A stretch of DNA of 64,000 bases from an uncultured Planctomycetaceae bacterium (GTDB taxonomy: Bacteria > Planctomycetota > Planctomycetia > Planctomycetales > Planctomycetaceae). A program made the position numbers and the translations under genes. The DNA lies in NCBI GenBank assembly GCA_963815195.1, contig CAWFGE010000007.1:192001-256000 (forward strand). Reading direction: 5' to 3'. Under the pieces are notes generated by a model that was not told where the DNA came from, ran no database searches, and was given only the letters and a program-made list of their open reading frames with translations. Positions 41,445-49,862 of this stretch are shown here, one piece after another (position 1 is the first letter of the stretch; each line of letters opens with the position of its first letter).

Positions 41445-43139
41445 TCATTCGCTTTTGTCCAAACTCCGTTTGCGGACCGCGACGAGGGCCAGGTCATCTT
41501 CGTAAACCGTCTTCCAGCCCAGGTGGCCGCGCAGCGCCCGGTGCAGATCCTGTTGCAGTTCTTTGTGGACAATGATCGTGTTGATGCGGTACTTCTCCAA
41601 CAGCGACTCCAGCCGGACATCGCCGCGGGAGATTTTGAGATAGTCCTGCCAGACCCGCGGCGGAACCACGTGCACCGCGTTGGTGGTCATCATCACCTGC
41701 AAGTCCTTTGGCCCGTCCCACACCAGCCAGTCTCCCCACCATTGCGGGTTGGCGACTAAACCTTCCGGCGGATGTTCGCGAAAGTATTTCGTCACGCCCA
41801 ACGGCGTTTGCGAGTGATAAAGCTGATCCGCCGACCGCTCCGGCCCGCCTAGGACAAACCGGCTCGTCGGCGAAAACACAAACGCCAGCCAGATCGCAAG
41901 CCCCCCGAACATCGCCCGCCGGGTCGAGCCGGCACAAGCCCAGCCGCGGTATTTCTCCGCCTGCCGGGAAAACGCCGCCGCGAGCCGGTCCCGCACGTCC
42001 TTCCCATGCGGAGCGAGCACCAGAATCCACACCGGGGCGTACCAGGCGACCATCCGGGTTCGCATGCAAACCGCCAGCGTGAACACCGCCAGGAGAAGCA
42101 CATCCGCCGCGGCGATGCGGGCCCGGCTATGGCGGAAAAGAACCAGCAGCAGAATCCACGAAGCCCCCACGGTGATGCCTTCGAGCGAAATCATCTCCAA
42201 AGAGTACCATTCCATGATGTCCTTCAAGTTGGGATTTGAAGGAAAGAGCGCGGTGTTGATGAGCAGATCCATTCCGTACGGATTGACGAGCGTTGCGAGC
42301 ACCGCGAGTTCCGTCGCCCACAGCCAGCGATGAAATTCGCGATCCCGCAATACCGACATCAAAGACTGCTCGCGCCACAGCACTTCAATCGCCCGCCCCA
42401 ACGCATAACAGCCCAAAACGGCAAAGCCCACGACAAACGAACCGTGCAAGTTGGCCCACGCCGCGAACACGACGGGCACGCCCAGCCAAAACACGAGCTG
42501 ATCCCAGCGGGTCCAGCGCGTGTTTTCGGGAGTGGGTTCGGACGTCATGCGACGCCGGCGGGAGTCGGACCGCACAACCAGCCATAAGACCAAAGCAAAG
42601 CACACGCCCCCGAACATTTCCGGGCGAATCACGGCATGCCGGCCCCAATTCACGCCCCAGGCCAAAAACGAACCGAGAACGCTCAAACCCACGCTGGAGG
42701 TTTGCAGATAGATCACGCGGGCCAGGATCAGATACGTCAACGTCATCGAAATGGCGAATACCGTGGAATAAGCTTCGACGCCGCCCCAGCGGCCGGCTTG
42801 AGCCAACACGACTTGCCCCAGCCATGCCGTGTCCACAACCCGCATACCTTCGGCCAGCGACACAAACGGCTCGTCCGTGGGCAAGACCTGATGATCCAAA
42901 ATCCAATTGCCGTAGGCGATGTGCCCCCAGATGTCCGAATAGAACAAGCGGAGGTAGTTGCAAAACAAGAAGAACAAGCAGAACGCGAGCACCGCCCCCA
43001 GATGCCGCCAGTCCCAAAGGAAAAGCCGCTGCCAACGATTGGGCTGTTCGTCCGAATGCTCCGCGTCGACCGGTTCGGTCGCGGCGGATTCTTCGAGGGT
43101 GCGAGCGTGGACAAGGGGTTCTTCAAGCGTCTGGGACAT
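41445..43139 (-). CDS. Multi-TM membrane protein, probable GT-C-fold glycosyltransferase
   Basis: DIWGHIAYG, RPEMF, WANLHGSF, LVNPYG..IMEW and WGDWLVW, with a periplasmic C-terminal domain. Confidence 0.7.
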   Translation of the reverse strand: MSQTLEEPLVHARTLEESAATEPVDAEHSDEQPNRWQRLFLWDWRHLGAVLAFCLFFLFCNYLRLFYSDIWGHIAYGNWILDHQVLPTDEPFVSLAEGMRVVDTAWLGQVVLAQAGRWGGVEAYSTVFAISMTLTYLILARVIYLQTSSVGLSVLGSFLAWGVNWGRHAVIRPEMFGGVCFALVLWLVVRSDSRRRRMTSEPTPENTRWTRWDQLVFWLGVPVVFAAWANLHGSFVVGFAVLGCYALGRAIEVLWREQSLMSVLRDREFHRWLWATELAVLATLVNPYGMDLLINTALFPSNPNLKDIMEWYSLEMISLEGITVGASWILLLVLFRHSRARIAAADVLLLAVFTLAVCMRTRMVAWYAPVWILVLAPHGKDVRDRLAAAFSRQAEKYRGWACAGSTRRAMFGGLAIWLAFVFSPTSRFVLGGPERSADQLYHSQTPLGVTKYFREHPPEGLVANPQWWGDWLVWDGPKDLQVMMTTNAVHVVPPRVWQDYLKISRGDVRLESLLEKYRINTIIVHKELQQDLHRALRGHLGWKTVYEDDLALVAVRKRSLDKSE

Positions 43140-43204
43140 AATCAAACTTTCGTCGAATCGCCGTGCGCGATGATGTGGATTTCGCCGGGTTTAAATTCCA
43201 ATGT

Positions 43205-43335
43205 CAGTCGTTCCAAAAGGCCTGAGCCGCGCACGAAGTAAGCGGTCTTGCGTTGTCTGAAGCTCTGAAAACCGCTTACTTCGTGCGCGGCTCTCGAAGA
43301 CCAAACCAGTTTCTTGAGCTTTTTTGGAAGTGCTG
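43205..43335. mobile_element. MITE-like element family A, copy 3 (opposite orientation)
   Basis: CAGTCGTTCCAAAA ... same core ... TTTTTGGAAGTGCTG. Confidence 0.8.
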
Positions 43336-43364
43336 CATGCCGAATTTGCAAATTGGTTCAGTGC

Positions 43365-44399
43365 TTAGGTTTTGAGCATGGGGATTGGGGGCATCGGGGT
43401 TTGTTTCGGATTTCGAGATTCGAATTTCGGATTTTCCTCGCCGAGGTTTCGCGTGCGGTCCACGAGGAATTGCGGGCGGGCGCGGACCTGGTCATAGATT
43501 CGCACCACATATTCGCCGAGGATCGCCACGCCCATCGAATTGATCGCGCCGAAGAACGAGGCGGTGATGAGGCCGGACGTCCAACCGGGGATCGCCTCGT
43601 AGGTGATCCATTTCTTGTAAAGGGCAAAACTGATGACGCCTGCGCAGCACAGCCAGGACACGAGGCCGATGACGTAAAACAGCGTCAACGGCACGCGGGA
43701 AAAGGAGAAGATCGCGGTCTTGGCCAATCGGCACAGGCCCCAGAACGAAACCCGCGGCTGCTCATCGTGCCGGGGCAAGCGTTCGACCTCCACGCCCAAC
43801 TGCCGATAGCCCACCCAACCCCGGAGCCCCGGGAAGAAGCGGTCGGTGTCGGAGAGTTTGAGGATGTCATCCGCGACCCGGCGGTCGATCAGCCCGAAGT
43901 TCCCCGCGTCTTTGGGGATCGGCGTCTCCGCGATAAAGTTGAGCACCCGGTAAAACGCCGAGAACAACCCCCGCTTGACCGCGTTCTCCTTGCGTTTGGT
44001 CCTGACGGCATAGATCACGTCGTATCCCGTTTCCCACAAATCGAGAAACGTGGAAATCGCGCCCGGGTCATCCTGAAAATCGGAATCCATCACGACGATC
44101 GCATCGCCCGATGCATGCGACAGGCCCGCATGGAGCGCCGCCTGATGCCCGAAGTTCCGCGTGAGATGCACGACGGCGACTTCGGGATGCCGGTCGGCGA
44201 GCTCCTCCAGAATGGCTTCGGTCTGATCGGTGGAGCCGTCGTTGACGAAGATGACTTCGTACGAGCCGCCGATGTCTTCCATTTTTTGGCGGAGGGCCTC
44301 GGTCAACCGCTCGAGCACCTGGGCCTCGTTGAAGACCGGCAACACCAGCGACACCAGCGTTTCAAATTGTGAACGAGCATCTCGCGTGGGTGCCAACAT
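43365..44399 (-). CDS. GtrB-like GT2 polyprenyl-phosphate glycosyltransferase
   Basis: VLPVFNE, VNDGSTD, RNFGHQAAL and MDSDFQDDP; two C-terminal TMs; GEYVVRIYDQVRARP. Confidence 0.92.
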   Translation of the reverse strand: MLAPTRDARSQFETLVSLVLPVFNEAQVLERLTEALRQKMEDIGGSYEVIFVNDGSTDQTEAILEELADRHPEVAVVHLTRNFGHQAALHAGLSHASGDAIVVMDSDFQDDPGAISTFLDLWETGYDVIYAVRTKRKENAVKRGLFSAFYRVLNFIAETPIPKDAGNFGLIDRRVADDILKLSDTDRFFPGLRGWVGYRQLGVEVERLPRHDEQPRVSFWGLCRLAKTAIFSFSRVPLTLFYVIGLVSWLCCAGVISFALYKKWITYEAIPGWTSGLITASFFGAINSMGVAILGEYVVRIYDQVRARPQFLVDRTRNLGEENPKFESRNPKQTPMPPIPMLKT

Positions 44400-44574
44400 C
44401 CCGCTGTCCTGTGTGTCGGGTCAGTTGATGGGAAAGGAAAGGGACGTGTGCCGTGTGATCTTTTGCTACAAACATACCTCAAAAATCACCCGGGAAACCC
44501 GTAGCAGCAATCGCTGTTCCATTGCATGCTATGCTTGTGCGGAAACGGCCATCAGGGCGTGCGGATTGTGCGGT

Positions 44575-44591
44575 TCGGCACGATCTTCGCA
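44575..44591 (+). promoter_or_regulatory. sigma54 (-24/-12) promoter candidate
   Basis: TCGGCACGATCTTCGCA gives GG-N10-GC about 50 bp upstream of 44640. Confidence 0.55.
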
Positions 44592-44639
44592 ATTCTTTTT
44601 TCCAAAGGCCGACCGGCGCGCTAATCGGAGGAAACACCG

Positions 44640-46271
44640 TTGAATTCATTCCCACCGCCTGAAGGAGTGCGCAAACGGCACAGCGCGTTGATGGCGGCCG
44701 GGTTTTTGGCGGTCGTCACGTATTCCGTCCCGTTGTTCGTGCGGATGCCGCTGACGAACGACGCCCAAATGTACGATCTCCAGGTGCGGCTCCTCGCCAA
44801 CGGCGGCACGCTGTACCGCGACATTCTCGAACCGAATCTGCCGGGCGTGGTGTGGATTCAATCACTCGTCCGCACCGCCTTGGGCTGGTCGTCCGATGTG
44901 CTCCGGGGGTTTGATCTTTTGGTCTTCGCGGGCGTGCTCTTTCTCGTGGACCGCTGGTTTCGGGCTTTGAATTGGTCCACGGCCGGGCGGTTCGGATTGC
45001 TCACGGTCTGCTGGGTGTTTTACGTTTCGCAGTCGGAATGGTGCCATTGCCAGCGGGATAGCTGGCTGTCGTTGCCCGTCTTGTCCGCCCTCGCCTGCCG
45101 GCGGCATCTGGTGGAAACGATGGAAACGAAAAAATCATCGCGGATTTTCGCCTGTGCGTTCGGCGAGGGGATCTTTTGGGGGCTGGCGGTGTGGCTGAAG
45201 CCGCACATTCTGATTCCCGCCGCGCTGGTTTGGGGCGTGTTTCAATGGCTCAATCGGCCGGGAATGCGGGTTCTTTGGGATCTCGCGGGAATGCTGATTG
45301 GCGGATTGATCGTGGGCGGCTTTGGGAGCCTTTGGATGATTCAAGCCGGCTGTTGGGAACCCTTTTGGCAAACCATGCGGGAGTGGAACCCCCGCTATTT
45401 CGCCGCCGGCCGGGAACATTGGACGCTGCCCCGTCTCGCCGCGATGATCTGGCGGCTGTCGCCTTGGATCTTCGTGCACATTCCCGCGGCGGTGATCGCC
45501 GTGCGGTCGCTGCTAAAGGCCGGGCGATCCGCAAAACCCGATCGGCCCGCGGTTCTCCAAGCCATGCTGGCGGCGTGTTATCTCGGTTGGACCGTCCAGG
45601 CGTTTTTGCTTCAGCACCTGTTCGATTACATCCATGTTCCGCCGATGTTCCTGGCGATTTTGATCGTCGCGGTTCCGCTGCAAAAAACTCTCGGGTCGGC
45701 TTGGGGTCGGCCGCTCGCCGTTTCGCTGGCGGTGTTGATTATTTTGGCTTCGCCGATGTTTCGGCCCGGCCGGGCTGAACTCTGGCAAACCTGCCTGACG
45801 ACCAAAGCGAACCCGCAGCTTTATTCCGAGTTGGCGGTGCTGCCGAATCCCGATTGGCAGGATCTGGATCGGGTGGCGCGGTTTCTCGCGAAGCAAAAGC
45901 CCGCCTCCGGGGACGTGTGCTGTTTTCACAGCGATCTGGTCTCGTTGTACAACCGCTTGGGCCTGTTGCCGCCGACGCGGTTTGTATACGTCCAGGAAAC
46001 GCTGATATTTTTCCCCGACCGCCAGGAGCAAATCCTGGATCGCCTGCGGGCGTCATCGGCTCGGTTTGTGGCGACGGACATGCGGAGCGCCCGCCTGACA
46101 CCGGAGCAAATCGACCGCCTCGTGTCCCCGGCGTACCAACACGCGCTGCAACAGCCGGCCTCGAAGCCGAGGCCTTATCCTTGGGGCGATCCCATTGTGT
46201 TTCGTTCGGGGAACTATCTGGTGCATCGCGTGCGCCGCTTAGAGCCTATCCGAAAACCTCATTCTCCATAG
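44640..46271 (+). CDS. Multi-TM membrane protein, probable GT-C glycosyltransferase
   Basis: LYRDILEPNLPG, CQRD, WLKPH and HLFDYIHVP motifs. Confidence 0.7.
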   Translation: MNSFPPPEGVRKRHSALMAAGFLAVVTYSVPLFVRMPLTNDAQMYDLQVRLLANGGTLYRDILEPNLPGVVWIQSLVRTALGWSSDVLRGFDLLVFAGVLFLVDRWFRALNWSTAGRFGLLTVCWVFYVSQSEWCHCQRDSWLSLPVLSALACRRHLVETMETKKSSRIFACAFGEGIFWGLAVWLKPHILIPAALVWGVFQWLNRPGMRVLWDLAGMLIGGLIVGGFGSLWMIQAGCWEPFWQTMREWNPRYFAAGREHWTLPRLAAMIWRLSPWIFVHIPAAVIAVRSLLKAGRSAKPDRPAVLQAMLAACYLGWTVQAFLLQHLFDYIHVPPMFLAILIVAVPLQKTLGSAWGRPLAVSLAVLIILASPMFRPGRAELWQTCLTTKANPQLYSELAVLPNPDWQDLDRVARFLAKQKPASGDVCCFHSDLVSLYNRLGLLPPTRFVYVQETLIFFPDRQEQILDRLRASSARFVATDMRSARLTPEQIDRLVSPAYQHALQQPASKPRPYPWGDPIVFRSGNYLVHRVRRLEPIRKPHSP

Positions 46272-46353
46272 TCACCCGAAGCGCCAGCGAGGGAATACAA
46301 AGGTTTTACAAACCCTTGCTTGCGCTGCTGCGGGTTAGTTTTCGAATAAGCAC
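46242..46353. mobile_element. MITE-like element family B (TA-flanked TIRs) enclosing a REP-like palindrome
   Basis: TTA|GAGCCTATCCGAAAAC ... GTTTTCGAATAAGCAC|TAA; inner ACCCGAAGCGCCAGCGAGGG ... CCCTTGCTTGCGCTGCTGCGGGT. Confidence 0.7.
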
Positions 46354-46355
46354 TA

Positions 46356-46421
46356 ATGATTTTGTGCCCCATGAATTTGTTGTTTGGATTTGGACTACAA
46401 AATCATGGGGTACAGAATCAT
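46356..46421. repeat. 25-bp-arm inverted repeat; a lone arm also occurs near 11201
   Basis: ATGATTTTGTGCCCCATGAATTTGT ... ACAAAATCATGGGGTACAGAATCAT. Confidence 0.8.
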
Positions 46422-46493
46422 GACGCAGCGAAGCCGCAACCGACGTCGCGGCGGCATCTTGCCGCCGTGACTTTACTCAACCTGTAAGCCGTT

Positions 46494-46635
46494 GGGTGGC
46501 TGGGGCGGAAATTCCCCTTGGAATAAGCCTTGAATTGCGAATGCTGGGGCTGTGGCCGGGCGAGAAAAATCTCACACGGCCCCAGCCCTCAAATTCCCTG
46601 TGTCCTTGGAACATTCCTTTGCGCCCCAGCCACCC
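46494..46635 (-). ncRNA. Structured element or candidate sRNA
   Basis: Perfect 14-bp closing stem GGGTGGCTGGGGCG/CGCCCCAGCCACCC, a long inner stem that pairs better on the minus strand (G-U pairs), and two TTCCAAGG-containing side hairpins. Confidence 0.35.
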
Positions 46636-46802
46636 CCCCCCAGGCATGTGGTCTAGCTGACTTTGGAATTGCGAATGCTGGGGCTGTGGCCGGGCGAGAA
46701 AAATCTCACACGGCCCCAGCCCTCAAATTCCCTGTGTCCTTGGAACATTCCTGTGCGCCCCAGCCACCCCCCGCCCGCCGGCATGTGGTCTAGCTGACTT
46801 TG
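46532..46802. repeat. ~134-137 bp tandem duplication including the stop codon of the sigma54 activator
   Basis: Copies 46532-46665 and 46666-46802 differ at one T/G position and in the C-tract. Confidence 0.92.
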
Positions 46803-48199
46803 GCGGGATGGGATTGGAGGATCCCCAGCCGCCGGAGTTTCTTATAAAGACCGACCCGGCTCAAACCCAGCGCTTTCGCGGTGGCGGTGCGGTTGTTGTC
46901 GTGGGCCCTGAGGGCTTCCTGGAGCATTTCCTTTTCGCTTTGGGCCACGCGGTCGGAGAGTGTCCAGCTATTCCGCGAAACGCCCGCGTCGGGGGACTCG
47001 GCCGATTCGCAAAACTGGGCGCGGAGAATGGCGGGCGAGAGATCGTTCATCGTCAGCTCGCCGTTCTCGCAAAACAGCACGGCCCGGCGGATATGGTTTT
47101 TGAGTTCGCGGATGTTGCCCGGCCAGGCATAACGCTTAAGCGCATCCAGAAAACCTTCGTGGACCGTGCGAATCTCGATTTCGTGCTGCCCGCTGAACTC
47201 CTGGACGAAACCCATCGCCAAGGGCACGATGTCGAGCGGCCGGTCCTTGAGGCAAAGCAGCGGGAACTCGAGCACGTTCAGGCGGTAATACAAGTCGGCC
47301 CGGAACTTGGCGTTCTCGGTGAGGCCTTCCAGGTTGACGTTGGACGCCACGACCAGCCGGGCTTCGGAGAATTTCGTTTCCGTCGAGCCGACCATTTCGT
47401 ATTCGCCGGTTTCGATCACGCGGAGCAACTTGGCCTGCTGCTTGGGGTCGAGGACGTCGATTTCATCGAGGAGCAGCGTGCCGTGACCCGCGGCTTGGAA
47501 GCGTCCCATTTTGTTGCGGTCGGCTCCGGTGAAGGCTCCGCGGGCGTGGCCGAAGAGTTCGCTTTCGATGAGGTCCGCCGGGAGTGCGCCGCAAGCCAGA
47601 GTTTGGAACGGCCGGTCGCGGCGGGGCGAGCGATGATGGATGAACTTGGCCAGCGTGGTTTTGCCCGTGCCGGTCGCGCCGATGATGAGCAACGTCACAT
47701 CCCGGTGGGCCACGCGGAGCAAGTTGTCCAGGACGGGAAACATGGCCGGCGTGAACGTCGAGATTTCCACGTCCCCGGCTTCGGTCACAAACCGGCGGGG
47801 CACGGGCTGGGCTCGGCGGGACTCCAAGACCGCTCGGAGCGAATCGATCAGATCTTCGGATTTTTCCCAATCTTCGTCCGCGGGAAGTTTGACCTGCGTC
47901 GTCAAATCCGCGAGCGCCGCCGCCTCGACGGGCAAACTCTGATCCTGCACCGCGAGCACATTCAGGGCGGGGAATTGCTCCTGAATCACCCGGTTCAGAA
48001 ACGCCGCCGGAGCCCGGCAATCCGAACCGGTCCGCAGGTCCAACAGGACGGTGGGTAGGGATTGGCCTGAAATCTGCTTAAAGGCGGTTTCCGAGTCCTC
48101 CGCCCGAACCGTACGGCAATCCAACGAACCCGCGAAAAACTCCTGAATGCGGTCGAACAATTCAACATCATGAGTCAAAACAACGCATTCGTTACCCAT
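46790..48199 (-). CDS. sigma54-dependent transcriptional activator (receiver-like, AAA+, Fis-HTH)
   Basis: GATGTGKT, ESELFGH..GAFTGA, LLLDEI, RADLYYRL, WPGNIREL and TAKALGLSRVGLYKKL. Confidence 0.96.
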   Translation of the reverse strand: MGNECVVLTHDVELFDRIQEFFAGSLDCRTVRAEDSETAFKQISGQSLPTVLLDLRTGSDCRAPAAFLNRVIQEQFPALNVLAVQDQSLPVEAAALADLTTQVKLPADEDWEKSEDLIDSLRAVLESRRAQPVPRRFVTEAGDVEISTFTPAMFPVLDNLLRVAHRDVTLLIIGATGTGKTTLAKFIHHRSPRRDRPFQTLACGALPADLIESELFGHARGAFTGADRNKMGRFQAAGHGTLLLDEIDVLDPKQQAKLLRVIETGEYEMVGSTETKFSEARLVVASNVNLEGLTENAKFRADLYYRLNVLEFPLLCLKDRPLDIVPLAMGFVQEFSGQHEIEIRTVHEGFLDALKRYAWPGNIRELKNHIRRAVLFCENGELTMNDLSPAILRAQFCESAESPDAGVSRNSWTLSDRVAQSEKEMLQEALRAHDNNRTATAKALGLSRVGLYKKLRRLGILQSHPAKVS

Positions 48200-48294
48200 C
48201 AAGACCTGACTCCCACAATTTTACAACGTAGAATTGAACTGGTGCGTTTGTCGTTTCCGCATGGCCCGCGGGGGATCGCGGTGGATGCCCTGGG

Positions 48295-48310
48295 GCAAAT
48301 GCCGAGCCAA
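48295..48310 (-). promoter_or_regulatory. sigma54 (-24/-12) promoter candidate for the activator gene
   Basis: Minus strand TTGGCTCGGCATTTGC gives GG-N10-GC about 95 bp upstream of the ATG at 48199. Confidence 0.6.
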
Positions 48311-48699
48311 TTTCGCGGATGCGGATGGAAACACGACTGATGCCCTGGGGGATCAGCCCGTTTCAGGGTGGTGACAATTCCTAGAATTTCATGATGTTCG
48401 TGGCCCCAGACCGTTTGCAAGAAAATCCTTAATAATTCGTAGGGAAATCCATGGGAGCGTCGCCGGCCGGCGTGATGTTGACCGTTTTCAACACGCAACC
48501 CCCCGACGTTTCGAGATCGAAGCGCTCGCGGGGTTTTCGGGAAGCGATTGCAAAGTCCGCAAATTGTTCCTTTTCGACAAAACCTTTTGTGTGCTCGATG
48601 GTTTGCAGTGGTTATCGATGACAACCGTTAGCGCCATCGCAAGTTGCCACCACCATCCCTGACGTGCCGACCGTTTTGAATCCTTCCGGGAGTTGTTTG

Positions 48700-49862
48700 A
48701 TGCCCGATTTGTCTGTGATCGTCCCCACCTTTTGTGAAGCCGAAAACCTGCCGGAGCTTGTGTCGCGGATCGACGCCGCGTCGCGGGAAGCCGGGATCGA
48801 TGCCGAGATTCTCGTGGTGGACGACAACAGCCCGGATGAAACGCGGGCCGTCTGTGCGGAGCTGGCCGCGCGGTTTCCGCTGCGGTTGATCGTTCGCACC
48901 ACCGAGCGCGGATTGGCCAGTGCCGTGGTCGCGGGGATGAACCAAGCGCGGGGCGAGGTGCTGTTGTGTCTCGACGCCGACTTGTCCCACCCGCCGGAAA
49001 AAATCCCCGAACTTTACCGCGCACTCGCCGATGGCGGCGGTCAGGCGGATTTTGTCATGGGCAGCCGGTATGTCGCGGGCGGCGGCACCGATGAGGATTG
49101 GGGCTGGTTCCGCTGGATCAATTCCCGCGTGGCCACCTGGTTGGCGCGGCCGTTAACCCGCGTCAGCGACCCGATGGCGGGGTTTTTCGCCTTGAAGCGA
49201 ACCGATTTTGAACGCGCGGAGGAACTGGACCCCATCGGCTTCAAAATCGCCTTGGAACTCATCGTCAAATGCCGGTGCCGGCACGTCGCCGAGGTGCCCA
49301 TCCAATTCCACGACCGCAAGCACGGAGAAAGCAAACTCAACCTCCGCGAGCAGGTCAACTATCTTCGGCACCTGAACCGCTTGTACGCCCACCGCTACAA
49401 AAATCTCACGTGGTTCGTGCTGTTCGGTCTTGTGGGGCTGACCGGGTTCGGGATCGACCTGGCGCTGTTTTATTTGCTGCTCCAGGTCCTGCCGGTGGAG
49501 TCGGCCGGGCGCTCGCGATTTGGGGCGCGATGAGTTGGAACTATGTGCTCAACCGCACGATCACGTTTCGCAACACGCCGCGGAAGCCCTGGTTCCGGCA
49601 GTATGTCGCCTTTTGCGGGAGTTGTTTGTTGGGCGGCGTGTTCAATTGGATGACGCGCGTGGGCCTGGTCACGGGCTCGGCGTACTTTGCCGGCCACCAG
49701 CTGCAAGCGGCCGCCGTGGGCGTAGCCGCGGGCATGATCTCGAACTTCCTGCTCTGCCGGTTTTTCGTGTTCTCGTCGCCGGAAGCCGTCTTCGGCCCGC
49801 CGGTCTCAAAACTGTCGGCCCGTCCCACGGAACGCCTCGCCCAAACCGGGAGCCAGCTATAG
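48700..49862 (+). CDS. DPM1-like GT2 polyprenol-phosphate glycosyltransferase fused to a GtrA-like flippase domain; frameshift near 49500
   Basis: VDDNSPD, GLASAV, DADLSHPPE and DPMAGFF; C-terminal FGLVGLTGFGID..WNYVLNRTITF..ISNFLLCRFFVF. Confidence 0.9.

Noticed and set aside
46494..46635. Possible 6S RNA or known riboswitch
   Set aside because: Shorter than typical 6S, lies downstream of genes, and shows no signature I can recognise; kept only as an unassigned candidate.
46532..46802. Possible CRISPR array
   Set aside because: Only two ~135-bp near-identical units with no unique spacers, and no cas genes in the window.
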